From Desulfobacterales bacterium (GTDB lineage: Bacteria > Desulfobacterota > Desulfobacteria > Desulfobacterales > UBA2174): a DNA stretch of 64,000 nucleotides. The stretch covers positions 320,001 to 384,000 of the forward strand of contig CAXXWC010000018.1 of NCBI GenBank assembly GCA_963668645.2. Reading direction: 5' to 3'. Below the pieces are notes generated by a model that did not search any database, had not been told where the DNA came from, and saw only the letters and a list, made by a program, of their open reading frames with translations. The position numbers and the translations under genes were made by a program. Shown in pieces: positions 30,817 to 41,541 of the stretch. Within the stretch, counting starts at the first letter, position 1. The number at the start of each line of letters is the position of its first letter.

Positions 30817-31842
30817 TCAAGATATGGCGCCCGGCGGGAAAGGATCACTGGCATCTTCCCGGCGCACTGTTTTGGGGGTTTTGCCGAATTGCTTGCGAAA
30901 GGCAGTGGAGAAATTAGCTTGGTTGTTGTAGCCAACCGAGCGAGCGATTTCAGACAGGCTCAGATCCGTCTGCTTGAGAAGTGACCAGGATTTGAAAAGT
31001 CTGGCGTTGCGCAGCACATTGAATACAGTATTGCCATATAACTGTTTAAATCCCTGGTTCAGCTTGTTGCGGTTTGTCCCGACTGTGCGACTTAAATCGA
31101 CCAGACTTGGAGGGTTGTCAAGATTGCTCAGCAGGACATGGTACGCTTCTCTTGCCCTGTCCAGATCCTTGCGGTTCATATCCTCCGACACATCTCTGCG
31201 ATAATTTTGTTCCAGTTCGGCAAGCTTGAGGGTTACAAGTTCCAGAGATTTGGCCTCGAAGAACAATCTGCGAATTTTACCATCATAAGGACACTCTATG
31301 ATTTGCTTGAGGACAAAACAGGTTTCCCCGTTAAAACGGGACTGCTGATAAAAAGCTTGCCCCATAGGTGCACCGAACCTGGAACCGCATTTTTTAATAC
31401 ACTGGGGTCTTTCGTTGAAAAGTTCGTTGAAAGTATGAACGCAAAAGTGGAGTGAGACACCGACGACCCTCTCAGACGGCGAAATATGGACCTTTCCTCT
31501 TGTTTTGGGCAGATAAGCCAATACCCCATCTCCCGCTGATCTTTCCACCGTTCTTTTTCCAATGCCATCGCTTTCCATGGTACAGCGGACCCGTTGAGAC
31601 AAAGTATAACAGAAACTTACAGGTGCCTCATCGATTTCATAATCCATCTGAAAACCTTGAAGCATGCCATGACTGGCGACAATCATTCTAATACCGGGAC
31701 GGATGCTGATATTTTCGAAGTGTGAATCTCCACGGTAATCGTTATGGGTTATCTCCACTTCTCCAGATGGGATAGAATCTTCGGATGGTTTCGATAATTT
31801 CGAATTGCCGATCGTTCTCTTTACGTTGATATGCCGAATCAT
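30817..31842 (-). CDS. AraC family regulator (PchR-like)
   Basis: FEAKSLEL, PPSLVDLSR, KLNQGFKQLYG, GYNNQANFSTAFRKQFG. Confidence 0.9.
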   Translation of the reverse strand: MIRHINVKRTIGNSKLSKPSEDSIPSGEVEITHNDYRGDSHFENISIRPGIRMIVASHGMLQGFQMDYEIDEAPVSFCYTLSQRVRCTMESDGIGKRTVERSAGDGVLAYLPKTRGKVHISPSERVVGVSLHFCVHTFNELFNERPQCIKKCGSRFGAPMGQAFYQQSRFNGETCFVLKQIIECPYDGKIRRLFFEAKSLELVTLKLAELEQNYRRDVSEDMNRKDLDRAREAYHVLLSNLDNPPSLVDLSRTVGTNRNKLNQGFKQLYGNTVFNVLRNARLFKSWSLLKQTDLSLSEIARSVGYNNQANFSTAFRKQFGKTPKTVRREDASDPFPPGAIS

Positions 31843-32420
31843 TTTTTCTCCGGTAGCGGGCGAAACTGGATCATGTAGGTATACTTCAGCTCGACAAGGC
31901 TGAAGCGCTCGAAACCGCAGCGGCTGACGGCGGCCTCGACGACCTGGGGGGCCAGCCGGCGCTCCAGGGGCGGGCCGAATGGCCGGTCTTCACACTTCAG
32001 TTCGATCACCGCCAGGCGCCCATTCGGCTTGAGCACCCGCCGGATCTCGCCGAAGGCCACCCGGCCGATCCCGGCCTGGCCGAAGATGTGCAGCACGGTG
32101 CAGATCAGGCAGCGGTCGATGCAGCCGTCGCCGATGGGCAGGTTGCCGGTCAGGTCCGCCAGAAAGACCGCGATGTTGCCCAGTCCCTGGACTTCGCCAA
32201 TTCCCCGCAGCCGGTGGACCATGAGGGCCGATTTGTCCAGGGCGTAGACCCGCCCGGCCGGCCCGACGCGCCGGGCGGCCTCGATCGCGTAATCGCCCGG
32301 TCCGCAGCCCAGGTCCAGAAACGTATCGCCGGGCTTGAGGTCGAGGTGGTGGAAGAGCGCCTCCGGATCGTGCAGCCAGAGACTGCTCGGGCCCCGTCCT
32401 GTAGGGTGGTGATTGTCCAT
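31839..32420 (-). CDS. Class I SAM-dependent methyltransferase
   Basis: LDLGCGPG, VLKPNG. Confidence 0.88.
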   Translation of the reverse strand: MDNHHPTGRGPSSLWLHDPEALFHHLDLKPGDTFLDLGCGPGDYAIEAARRVGPAGRVYALDKSALMVHRLRGIGEVQGLGNIAVFLADLTGNLPIGDGCIDRCLICTVLHIFGQAGIGRVAFGEIRRVLKPNGRLAVIELKCEDRPFGPPLERRLAPQVVEAAVSRCGFERFSLVELKYTYMIQFRPLPEKK

Positions 32421-32432
32421 CGGTCCTCCTTG

Positions 32433-33719
32433 TCAGAAGCTGTAGCGCACCGCCGCATAAACGTTGGTGTTCTTTTCAAACTGGGCAAAAAAGGTGTGCG
32501 CCGCCTCTCCTTGAAAGATGTTGGCGCCGACCTCTACCCCCAGCCGGTCGTTGACCTGGTAATGGATGTGCGGCATCAGGTAAAAATCCGCATCACTGGG
32601 CGAGTAGTACGACGACAGGCTCAGGGTCAGGGTCTGGTTCAGCGCCAGGCGCGTCAGTTGGAGGGTGATGACGTGCCTGAGCCGGTCCCGGGCATGGCCG
32701 CCGCTCAGCGCCGCCCGGTAGGCGCCGTAGTCGAGCAGATGCTCGACGTAGTACTGCACGCTGGCGTTGAAATCGCGCGCCAGGTCCTGAGTATACCCGG
32801 CAAGGTAGCGCATCTCGGCGTTGTCGATCAACGGGTCGGTGCCGCTGCGGTCGTCGGCCGAATCGTAATAGGCCAGCTCCAGGTTGCCGATGCCCGGGCC
32901 CACCTTGCCCCGGGCGCTGGCCCCGTAGACGTTAAGCGCGGGGAAGACGGCCTTTCCGTCTGCCGCTTGGCCGGCCGGGCGCTTCCAGAAACCATGGTAG
33001 GCATACAGCGCCAGCTCGTAGTTGTGGATGTTGCGGTAGAGCCGCAGGGCCAGTTCCTCGTCCCCGAACCAGCGATCGGGCTTGTCGGCCGCCACGATGC
33101 GGTCTTTTCCCACACGCGCTCCCTGCTGGCCGTCCCAGTAGGAAAGGAATTCGCCGGTGACATAGCGGTCCGCGTCGAAGCACGGGGTGTAGACCAGATC
33201 GAGGTTGACCGGAGCCGAAAAGAGGCTGACTTTGACCGCGTCGCTCGGGGCCTTGAGATACTCCTTGTCCCGGCCGAGGAAGAAAGACTGCCAGTCCTTG
33301 GGAAACAGGTCGTTCAAAAAGACCAGGTCCCCCGTGCCCCAGGTGAGCACCTGCCGGCCGGCCTTGAGATCCATGTACTCCAGGGGGCGGGCGAAGAGCC
33401 AGAGTTCCCGGGTATCGTAGCGCCCCTTGTCACCCACCCCGTCGGCCCAGGCATCGGCTCTGAACTTGAACTCCAGCGCCTCGGTGGCGGCAAACAGCTC
33501 GGTCTGGAACCGGGCCTCCAGGACCGAGGCGTCCTTTTCATGAAGGTCGCTCTGGGTGCGCGCGCCGCAACGCGTCTCGACAAAACCGTGGACCTCCACC
33601 GGCGGCAGAAAATCGGAAAGCGAGTGCTCCTCGGCCTGGCCGGCAGCGGCCAAGGCGGTCAGCAAGATCAGTTGCACGACCAGCCGGAGGATGCCGGGGA
33701 TTGCGGGCTTCGGCTTCAT
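32433..33719 (-). CDS. Putative outer-membrane beta-barrel protein
   Basis: Signal peptide, GRQVLTWGTGD, C-terminal VRYSF; follows MMPL and LolA-like genes. Confidence 0.75.
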   Translation of the reverse strand: MKPKPAIPGILRLVVQLILLTALAAAGQAEEHSLSDFLPPVEVHGFVETRCGARTQSDLHEKDASVLEARFQTELFAATEALEFKFRADAWADGVGDKGRYDTRELWLFARPLEYMDLKAGRQVLTWGTGDLVFLNDLFPKDWQSFFLGRDKEYLKAPSDAVKVSLFSAPVNLDLVYTPCFDADRYVTGEFLSYWDGQQGARVGKDRIVAADKPDRWFGDEELALRLYRNIHNYELALYAYHGFWKRPAGQAADGKAVFPALNVYGASARGKVGPGIGNLELAYYDSADDRSGTDPLIDNAEMRYLAGYTQDLARDFNASVQYYVEHLLDYGAYRAALSGGHARDRLRHVITLQLTRLALNQTLTLSLSSYYSPSDADFYLMPHIHYQVNDRLGVEVGANIFQGEAAHTFFAQFEKNTNVYAAVRYSF

Positions 33720-34546
33720 CGCATCGCTTCCCTGGGCGGGCGCCGCAGATAGCGCTCGGAAAACAGCCCGTCATCCAGGCCGATGTTGTAGCTCAGCCCG
33801 GAGGTGGTCATCTCCGTTTCGCCGCCGCTTTCCAGGTCCCGGGCCACCGACTGGGTGACCGTGGGGAAGGTCTGCCTGCCGCCGTCGCCCGAGGCTTCGA
33901 TGGCCTCGACCCGCGTCGACTCGATGATGCGATAGCAGCGGCCGTCGGCCTTGAAGAATTCCAGCTTCATCGGCAGGAAGGTCTGCCGGTCGATCCGGGC
34001 CAGGTAATAGGCGAACTCCACCGTGCCGGCAGCCTTGGGCACGTTCTTGATGACGTACCGGGTATCGCCGGTCTCCACCAGGGTGTGGACGTCCTCCTGG
34101 GGGCTGCGCCCGGAGATGTCCTCGTAGAGAAAATCCGACCCGGCGAAACTGGTGCGCTTGTCACTGGCGGCGATCCGCTTGACCAGATCGAGGCCCGGCA
34201 GGTAGAGCCAGCGGTCGTCGTCGCTTTCCAGGGCCGCGTGTTTGTGCACCATGAAGGCCATCTTGCGCACGTCTGCCGGGGTCTGAAAATAGACGTAATA
34301 CTTCTGGTCCCGGTCCTGGTCGTCGTCGTTTTTGCGCAGCATGGTAAAGGTCCGCTGGCGCACGTGGCCGGCCTTGTCGCGGATCGTCAGCGAGACTTTC
34401 CCTTTCAGGCTGCGCCCCTGGTACAGGGCCATGTGGTTGGCCCGGCGTACGATCTCGTCGGCGTTCATCCCGCCGGCCATCGCTGTGGCGGCTGCACCCC
34501 AGCAAATCGCTGCGGCCACCAACAGTTGCACGAGTTTCGATTTCAT
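33716..34546 (-). CDS. Outer-membrane lipoprotein-sorting (LolA-like) protein
   Basis: PADVR, DDRWLYLP, KRI, SFAGSDFLYED. Confidence 0.85.
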   Translation of the reverse strand: MKSKLVQLLVAAAICWGAAATAMAGGMNADEIVRRANHMALYQGRSLKGKVSLTIRDKAGHVRQRTFTMLRKNDDDQDRDQKYYVYFQTPADVRKMAFMVHKHAALESDDDRWLYLPGLDLVKRIAASDKRTSFAGSDFLYEDISGRSPQEDVHTLVETGDTRYVIKNVPKAAGTVEFAYYLARIDRQTFLPMKLEFFKADGRCYRIIESTRVEAIEASGDGGRQTFPTVTQSVARDLESGGETEMTTSGLSYNIGLDDGLFSERYLRRPPREAMR

Positions 34547-34577
34547 CGGATTCTCCTTGTTTTCCTTGTGTTGAGGT

Positions 34578-37259
34578 TCAGGGTTCAACCGGTGCCTCGT
34601 CCTGCGACAACACCGGCCTGGCGTTCGAGCTGCGCCCCCGGCCTGGTTGAAAGAACCATTTTTCGGCCACGGTGAGCAGCGACGGCAGGGCCAGCAGGGT
34701 CATCACCCCGGACAGGGTCATGATGGCGAACAGCATGACCCCCATGGTCTTGTACGGAATCAGGGGGCCGACCAGCAGCGGCAGAAAGCCGATGGCGATC
34801 ACCAGCACGTTGCGGCTGATGGCCCGGGCCGGTTCGCCGAACATCCGCTGCAAAACCGGCGGCCACTCGCCCAACTCGGCGTACTGGACCCGGCTGCGCT
34901 GGAGAAAGTGGATCGCAAAATCCACCGCCATACCCAGGGCCAGGACCCCCAGCACGGCGATGGGAAGATCGTAGTCCTTGCCCATGGCCCCCACCAGACC
35001 GTAGATCGTCACGATGGTGACGGTCAGCGGTACCATGCACAGCACCCCCCAGCGTGCGGAGCGGAACAGGAAGGCCATCATGGCAAACACCACCACAAAG
35101 CTTCCCGAAAAGGAGCGCAGCATGGCCGGGATCAGCCGTTCCTGAAGCACCAGGTTGATATAGTGCAGCCCGGCCCAGCGGTGGGTCAGGGACATCGGGG
35201 GCGGATGCAGCCGGAAGTAGTCGTCCACCTCGGCCACGACGGCTTTCATGACGCTGCTGTCGCCGCTTTTAAGCTGCACCCAGATGTTGGCGTGCCGGTA
35301 GTCGGGCGCCACCATGTGCCACAGGTCGCCCGGCCGGTGGCCCTGCTGGAATTGGAAGCAGCATTCGGCCACGGCCTGCAGGGTGTCCGGGATGCGAAAA
35401 TTTTCAGGCCGGCCGTCGATCATCTCCTGGCGGACCTTGGCCACGGCGCCGGCCATCGAGGTGGTCTTGCCCACCATGTCGGTGGCTTCCAGGTGCCGTT
35501 GCAGTGCGGCCATGTACCGCAGCACCTCCGGCCGCTTGAAGGCCTTGCGTTGTTCCTTGATCAGCCCCACGTGGCCGCGCAGTTCCTCGTAGGCGAAAAA
35601 ATCCTCGTCCGACGCGGTGGCGGCACGCGCTTCGATCAGGGCGGCCACCCGGTCGAAAAAAGTCTCGGCGCAAGAGGCCGGCGCCTCCATCTCGATCGCC
35701 GCCGACACCTGGCGCGCCAGTTCCGGCGCCCGGGGATGGACCCGGGCGATCTTTGCGGCAAATGCGGCCAGCTCCTCGCTCAGCGCCCGCCTGCCGTCGG
35801 TGTCAAAGCGGTCCGGCGTGCTGTCTTCGAGCACCAGGTAGGCGGTATAGGTGCCCCCGAGGTGCCGGTTGAGGGCGATATCGGCCTGGCGGATGGGGTG
35901 GCCGGTGACAAAGCGTTTGGCATAGTTGTCGTTGACCCTGATCTGCGTCATGCCCCAGACGGACAGGGCGGTGAGCACGGCCAGCACCGCCAGCACGGCG
36001 CCGGCATGCCGGGCCGTCAGCCGGCCGACGGCGTTCAAGGTGGCCGTCAGCAATTCCCGTCCGGCCCGGCGCCCGGCCGCCAGGCCGAAGCCGGTCAGCT
36101 TGCTTTCCGGGATCATCATCACGTAGGCCGGCACGAAGATGACGGTGTACAGCCAGGCGATCATCACGCCGATGCTCAGAAAGGCCCCGAAGATCTGGGC
36201 CGGCGGGATCGGTGTGAAGATCAGCGAGGCGAATCCGGCCGCCGTGGTCAGGCTGGTGTACAAAATCGGCACGAACAGGGTGTCCATCACCCGGCGGATC
36301 GTTTCCCGGCGGCCTGTCTCCGGGCGGTAGACATCGAAGAATTCCGACAGGATGTGGATCGCGCTGACCGTGCCGATGCACATGAGAAAGATCGGGATCA
36401 TCGAGCTGAGGATGTGCACATCGAAGCCGCAGGCGATCATCAGTCCCATGGTGGACAGCACGGAAAACGAGGCGATGATCATCGGCAGGATCACCAGGCG
36501 CCACTGGCGAAAGAAGATCATCATCAGCGCGAAGATCACCGCCATGGCCATGGGCGAGCCCACCGCCATCTGCGAGAACATCTCCACCCCGATGGCCACC
36601 TCGGCCACCGGCACGCCGGCGATGTGGTAGGTCTCATCGCCGCCCATGGACTCGATTTTCTTGTTCAGCGCGGTGCAGATGCGGTAGCTCAGGTGCTTGT
36701 CGGTCAACGGCAGGTAGATGCAGATCACCCGGCCGTCCTCGGAAAACATCCGCCCCCGCAGCAGGGGATTGGAAAAGGCCCGCTCCCGGATCGCCCGGGC
36801 CGCCTCGCGGGTCTCGGGGGGTGCGGGCATCAGCCATTCGAAGCGGATCTCTCCCGGTGCGCCCTGGCTCATATGGTCGACCAGGGACGGGGCCACCATG
36901 TCCACCGTGACGACCCCGGAAGAGCGGGAGGGATCGGCCTCGTCCGGCCAGCGCAGCGTGCGGGCGAATTGGGTTAGTTCGAAGACCCGACCCAGGGTCT
37001 GGGGGTTGAACGCCCCGTCCGGGTCGTGCTCGTTGACCACGCCCACCACCACGGTTTCGCTCAGGGCGAAGCGGCGCTTGGAGGCGTTGTGAAAGACCCG
37101 CTCGGGTGAGTCGGCAGCCACCATGTTTTCCGGGTCGGTGTCGATGTGGATCTTGGGGAAAAAGGCGCACAGGGCCAGGGTCAGCGCCACCATGAGTGCG
37201 GTGGCCGTCCGGCTGTGATCGATGGCAAAGGTGATAAGGGCGTTGCGGATACGGTTCAT
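34578..37259 (-). CDS. MMPL/RND family transporter
   Basis: Two TM repeats, IDTDPEN, TSLTTAAGFASL, GMAVDFAIH. Confidence 0.88.
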   Translation of the reverse strand: MNRIRNALITFAIDHSRTATALMVALTLALCAFFPKIHIDTDPENMVAADSPERVFHNASKRRFALSETVVVGVVNEHDPDGAFNPQTLGRVFELTQFARTLRWPDEADPSRSSGVVTVDMVAPSLVDHMSQGAPGEIRFEWLMPAPPETREAARAIRERAFSNPLLRGRMFSEDGRVICIYLPLTDKHLSYRICTALNKKIESMGGDETYHIAGVPVAEVAIGVEMFSQMAVGSPMAMAVIFALMMIFFRQWRLVILPMIIASFSVLSTMGLMIACGFDVHILSSMIPIFLMCIGTVSAIHILSEFFDVYRPETGRRETIRRVMDTLFVPILYTSLTTAAGFASLIFTPIPPAQIFGAFLSIGVMIAWLYTVIFVPAYVMMIPESKLTGFGLAAGRRAGRELLTATLNAVGRLTARHAGAVLAVLAVLTALSVWGMTQIRVNDNYAKRFVTGHPIRQADIALNRHLGGTYTAYLVLEDSTPDRFDTDGRRALSEELAAFAAKIARVHPRAPELARQVSAAIEMEAPASCAETFFDRVAALIEARAATASDEDFFAYEELRGHVGLIKEQRKAFKRPEVLRYMAALQRHLEATDMVGKTTSMAGAVAKVRQEMIDGRPENFRIPDTLQAVAECCFQFQQGHRPGDLWHMVAPDYRHANIWVQLKSGDSSVMKAVVAEVDDYFRLHPPPMSLTHRWAGLHYINLVLQERLIPAMLRSFSGSFVVVFAMMAFLFRSARWGVLCMVPLTVTIVTIYGLVGAMGKDYDLPIAVLGVLALGMAVDFAIHFLQRSRVQYAELGEWPPVLQRMFGEPARAISRNVLVIAIGFLPLLVGPLIPYKTMGVMLFAIMTLSGVMTLLALPSLLTVAEKWFFQPGRGRSSNARPVLSQDEAPVEP

Positions 37260-37291
37260 GATGCAATCTCCGGCAATCGTGCCAGCTTCGG

Positions 37292-40200
37292 TTACAGATA
37301 GGCGAGAAAGGCCTCCAGACGGTTGGCGTCGCTGGTGTTCGGGTGCCCGTCGAAGGTCAGGTTGAGCAGCGGTCTGGTGCCTGGACCGGCAAAGGCCGGG
37401 TGCAGGACGTTGAGCGAGACACCGGTGTTCTCATAGACAGAGGAAACCGTGACGATGCCGTCGATGTGCGCCGGATCGCCCAGGACCTTGGCCGCCCGGT
37501 AGCGGCCGAAGGCGCCGGCGTAGTACCCGACGCTGCACTCGGCCCGGTCGGCCAGCACTTGCGGATCGTGTTCGAACGGGCTGCAAGGCCCGAGACATTG
37601 CGAGATACGCGCCATGTTCTTGGCCAGGGCGTCGAGCAAAGGCCGGTGGCGGTCGGTGTGTCCGTTCTGGGCCGCGCAGTCGTGCCAGAACAGCCACAGG
37701 GTTTCGGCCAGAGGGGCCCAGACCACCCGGTGGCCCCGGTTTTCCATCGCCTGGAAAGTAAGGTCGTTCAGCCCGTCGTTGTAAAGCACCAGCGGCTCAC
37801 CCACGGCCATGATCCGCTTGCCCGGCGGCATCGGTTCCCGGGCCACGCTGCCGGTCACTGCCGCCAGGGCCTCGATGTCCAGGCGGCCCCTGAGGGCCGG
37901 ATCCAGCAGCCGTTGCAGGCATTGCTCGCGGCGGGGCAGGGGGGCGGCACGCACCACGTCCCCGGCCAGCAGGGCGAGAAAAAGCGCTTCGATGTCGGCG
38001 GCGGCCAGGTCCGGCAGGTCCTCCAGAAACGGCGAAACCACCGTCGCTTCACCAAAGCCTTCCTCATCGAGTTTGAGCCGCAGCATGCGGCTGAACTGCC
38101 CGTCGACTTCCGCGCCTTCGCTGCGGGGGACCAGAAACGCACGGCGGGTGCCGTCGCCGCTGCGGCACCGTTTGAGCGCGTCTCCCATCAGGGCTGTCAG
38201 CGAGAAGGATTCCTCGGCGAGGGTCAGGGCCCGGCCGATGTCCAGGGCGTCCGCATCGGTCATGGGCAGCACCTCGGTGGCGAACCCCCTGGCCTGGAGC
38301 AGGGCCGCGCCGATCTGGGCATAGGGATAGAGGTGTGGCAGGCAGACGGTGGTGCCGTCCTCGACCTGTCCCAGGCTGCCGGCGATGTTCTCGTCCCGGT
38401 GAACGATGCGGGAAAGGTAGGCGCTCACCGGTTCGGCCCGCGCAGGGGGCCGATGGCGGATGCTCTCCACGAAGGCTTCCACCCGGGTGAGCATCCCGAC
38501 CCGCGAGGCGTGCTCGTCCACCTCGATGTGCAGGTAGGGCTTGTCCTGCATCGCCTCACGGAAATAGTGGGCCAGGACCGAATCCGGGCCGCAGCCGTGG
38601 TGGGTGAGCAGGATGGCGTAAAGGTTCGGATGCTCCCGGATGAAGGGGGCCGGCTCCAGGATATGCAGGCCGAAGGGCCAGTACATGTTCGGGTGTTCCC
38701 GCGACAGGTCGTCTTCGGGCATGAAGTAGAACGGCAGCACCGGATAGCCCATCTCCATCAGCCGGTCGGCGATGCCCATGTTGAGCACCGGGTCGGCGAT
38801 GCCGTAAATCTTGGAAATCATCACGAAGGCCTTGCGGGTCGGGTCGAGCCGCTCCAGGGCCGCGCGTCCGGCCGCGGCCAGGCGTGCCTCGAAGTCGTGG
38901 TAGGCAGCCATCCCCTGTTGCAGGGCTTCGAGGGTCTGCTGGCGTGTCCGGCCGAGCTGGCGCCCCAGACCCGCGAAGCTTTCCATCATGAAGGTCCGGC
39001 CCAGGCTGAAGGCGATGGTGGGGGCCAGTAGCCCGATCTTGCGGCCATCGAGGTCCATGGCGCGGTTGACGATCTTGAAGGCGAGCTGCATGTAGGCGCA
39101 GCCGTAGTTCTTGCGCGCCGGCGATCCCGGGTGGTCCACGCTGTACAGGTCCGGAAAGAAGATGTAGTCCACCTTTCTTTGGACCAGTTCGGCCACGTGG
39201 CCGTTGATCAGTTTTACCGGATAGCAGGTCTCGTCCAGGGCATAGGCCTGGCCCAGGGCGATGGTCCGCTCGCTGCTGGGCGCCGAGAGCAGCACGTTGA
39301 AGCCCAGGGCGGTAAAGAACCGGTGAAACAGGGAGAACATCCCGAAGGTGAACAGGGCCCGGGGGATGCCGACGGTCGGCTTGTTGGGGTCGAGTTTCTC
39401 GCGGTACCCCTCGAAGATCAGCGTGTCCACCGATTGGGCGAAGGCGGAGGGGGCCGGGTCCGCCGGCTGGCGGGGTGCTGCGGGCGCCGGGCCTTCGGCT
39501 TCGGGCGTAAATCCCTTGAAACGGGTCGCGCCTCCTGCCACGGTCTCCCGGGCCAGCAGGGCCGCACCGTAGGCCCCGGTGACGCTGAAAAAGGGCGGTA
39601 CGACGATCCTCTTGCCGGTGAGGGCACGCAGGGCGTTGGCCACTCCCTGGTTGAAGGCCAGGCCGCCCTGGAAGAAGATCCGCTCGCCGATCGGCTTTTT
39701 GCCCACCACCCGGTGAAGGTAGTTGCGGGCCACGGCGTAGCAGATCCCGGCGCTGATGTCCTCGCGGCACCGCCCGCGGCCCAGATGGGCCGCGATGCCC
39801 GCCTCCATGAACACGGTGCAGCGCTCTCCCAAGTCCACCGGCCGGTCGCCGGCCAGGGCCATGGCGCCGATCCTGTCCAGAGGGATGTCGAATTTTTTCG
39901 CCTGCTCCTCGATAAAGGAGCCCGTACCGGCGGCACAGACCTTGTTCATCTGGAAATCGGCCACCGCGCCGCCGGCGATGCGGATGTACTTCGAGTCCTG
40001 GCCGCCGATCTCGAAAACGGTGTCCACCGCCGGATCGAGGGCCACGGCAGCCCGGGCCTGGGCCGTGATTTCGTCCTTGACCGCGTCGGCGCCGATCAGC
40101 CGGCCGGTGAGGTAACGCCCCGATCCGGTGGTGGCCGCGCCCAGGACACGCAGTCGGTCGCCGTAGGCCTCGTTGAGCGATGCCAGGCCCCGGCGCACCG

Positions 40201-41260
40201 CCGCCGCCGGATCACCCAGGGTCCGCAGATAGCGGAAGGCGATGATCCGGCCCGCCGGGTCGGTGAGTACCAGGTTGGTGCTGGTCGAGCCCACGTCCAC
40301 CCCCAGATACCCGTCGATGCGGCCGTCCGGGGGGGCAACGGTCTCGTGCTTCAGACGGTTGTCGCCGCGCCCGAAGGCGGCCAGGGCCGGCATGGGCCGG
40401 CCGGGCGGCACCGCTTCGGCCGGCGCTTCGGTCCATTTCAGTTCCGCGATTGCCGGATGTGCCACGCGCATCCTTTCGTTCAGGGCGATGCGGGCCGCAC
40501 CCAGCGCACTGATGCAGGCCGTCTCGGGCGGCACGATCAACTCATCGGGGGCCAGCTTCAACAGATCCTGAAGGGCGAAGCGGATGGCCCGGTTGCGGGC
40601 CACGCCGCCGGCCAGCAGCAGCGGCGTCTGTTGCGGCAGCTTGCGCAGCACGGCGATGCGCAGGTTGCGCACCAGGGCGTAGGCCAGTCCCATGAGGATA
40701 TCGGCCACCGGCACGCCCTCCTGCTGGTGGTGGGTGATGTCCGTCTTGGCGAATACGCTGCAGCGTCCGGAAATCCGGGGAACCGCGGTGGCCCGGGCGG
40801 CCACGGCCGAGTACTCCTCCAGCACCATGCCGAGCCGCGCGACCTGGGCTTCGATAAACGAACCGGTGCCGGCCGCGCAGCCGGCGCTCATGGCGATGCC
40901 GATGCGGGATCGGTCGTGGCCGTCCAGTCCGGTGACATACTTGGCGCCTTGGCCGCCGATCTCGAGCGCGGCCCGGGCCCCGGGGGCTGCGGTCCTGGCA
41001 CCCTCGACCAAGGCGCGCACCTCGTTGATCCGGTCGATGCCGGCGCTGCAACCGAACCGTTCGCCGCCGCTGCCGGTCACCGCCCCCCATTCGATCCGGG
41101 GCAGTGGAGAGCCTGCGGCGGCCTCCTTCATCAGGCCCTGCAGCGTGCTGCCGGGGTTGCCGTTGTGCAGGCGGTAGCCGGCGAAGCGCACCGCGGCCGT
41201 TTCGTCCATCAGCACCAGTTTGACGGCGCTGTAACCGATATCGATGCCTATGCTTTGCAT
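37292..41260 (-). CDS. Acyl-CoA dehydratase activase-type protein (two BcrAD/BadFG ATPase domains plus DUF2229-like)
   Basis: GIDIG, EIGGQ twice, CAAGTGSF twice, RCSVF/RCTVF, ETCYP, HGCGPD; ATG at 41260 after GGAGAGG. Confidence 0.88.
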   Translation of the reverse strand: MQSIGIDIGYSAVKLVLMDETAAVRFAGYRLHNGNPGSTLQGLMKEAAAGSPLPRIEWGAVTGSGGERFGCSAGIDRINEVRALVEGARTAAPGARAALEIGGQGAKYVTGLDGHDRSRIGIAMSAGCAAGTGSFIEAQVARLGMVLEEYSAVAARATAVPRISGRCSVFAKTDITHHQQEGVPVADILMGLAYALVRNLRIAVLRKLPQQTPLLLAGGVARNRAIRFALQDLLKLAPDELIVPPETACISALGAARIALNERMRVAHPAIAELKWTEAPAEAVPPGRPMPALAAFGRGDNRLKHETVAPPDGRIDGYLGVDVGSTSTNLVLTDPAGRIIAFRYLRTLGDPAAAVRRGLASLNEAYGDRLRVLGAATTGSGRYLTGRLIGADAVKDEITAQARAAVALDPAVDTVFEIGGQDSKYIRIAGGAVADFQMNKVCAAGTGSFIEEQAKKFDIPLDRIGAMALAGDRPVDLGERCTVFMEAGIAAHLGRGRCREDISAGICYAVARNYLHRVVGKKPIGERIFFQGGLAFNQGVANALRALTGKRIVVPPFFSVTGAYGAALLARETVAGGATRFKGFTPEAEGPAPAAPRQPADPAPSAFAQSVDTLIFEGYREKLDPNKPTVGIPRALFTFGMFSLFHRFFTALGFNVLLSAPSSERTIALGQAYALDETCYPVKLINGHVAELVQRKVDYIFFPDLYSVDHPGSPARKNYGCAYMQLAFKIVNRAMDLDGRKIGLLAPTIAFSLGRTFMMESFAGLGRQLGRTRQQTLEALQQGMAAYHDFEARLAAAGRAALERLDPTRKAFVMISKIYGIADPVLNMGIADRLMEMGYPVLPFYFMPEDDLSREHPNMYWPFGLHILEPAPFIREHPNLYAILLTHHGCGPDSVLAHYFREAMQDKPYLHIEVDEHASRVGMLTRVEAFVESIRHRPPARAEPVSAYLSRIVHRDENIAGSLGQVEDGTTVCLPHLYPYAQIGAALLQARGFATEVLPMTDADALDIGRALTLAEESFSLTALMGDALKRCRSGDGTRRAFLVPRSEGAEVDGQFSRMLRLKLDEEGFGEATVVSPFLEDLPDLAAADIEALFLALLAGDVVRAAPLPRREQCLQRLLDPALRGRLDIEALAAVTGSVAREPMPPGKRIMAVGEPLVLYNDGLNDLTFQAMENRGHRVVWAPLAETLWLFWHDCAAQNGHTDRHRPLLDALAKNMARISQCLGPCSPFEHDPQVLADRAECSVGYYAGAFGRYRAAKVLGDPAHIDGIVTVSSVYENTGVSLNVLHPAFAGPGTRPLLNLTFDGHPNTSDANRLEAFLAYL

Positions 41261-41541
41261 GTCCTCTCCTTTTTGGTCTCTGACATTGTTCGAGCTGTCT
41301 ATCAATACTCGATCCGCACCCGGGATTCTGCTCCGGGCGGCCCGTTTTTCGACCCGCACCACCCGCGGCAAGGCAGGTGGGAAGAGGGCCTGCCCCGGCG
41401 GATGAAAAGCGCTTGGCGGTAACGCGCCGCTGGTGCGTCATGAAGAGGGCAGCACGGCTAAAGGCGCACCGGGAGGCGATGCGCCAGATCGGGGCAGGAC
41501 AGGGGAGAGGGCCGGCGGCAAGGTGCCCCGAACCGCCGGTG

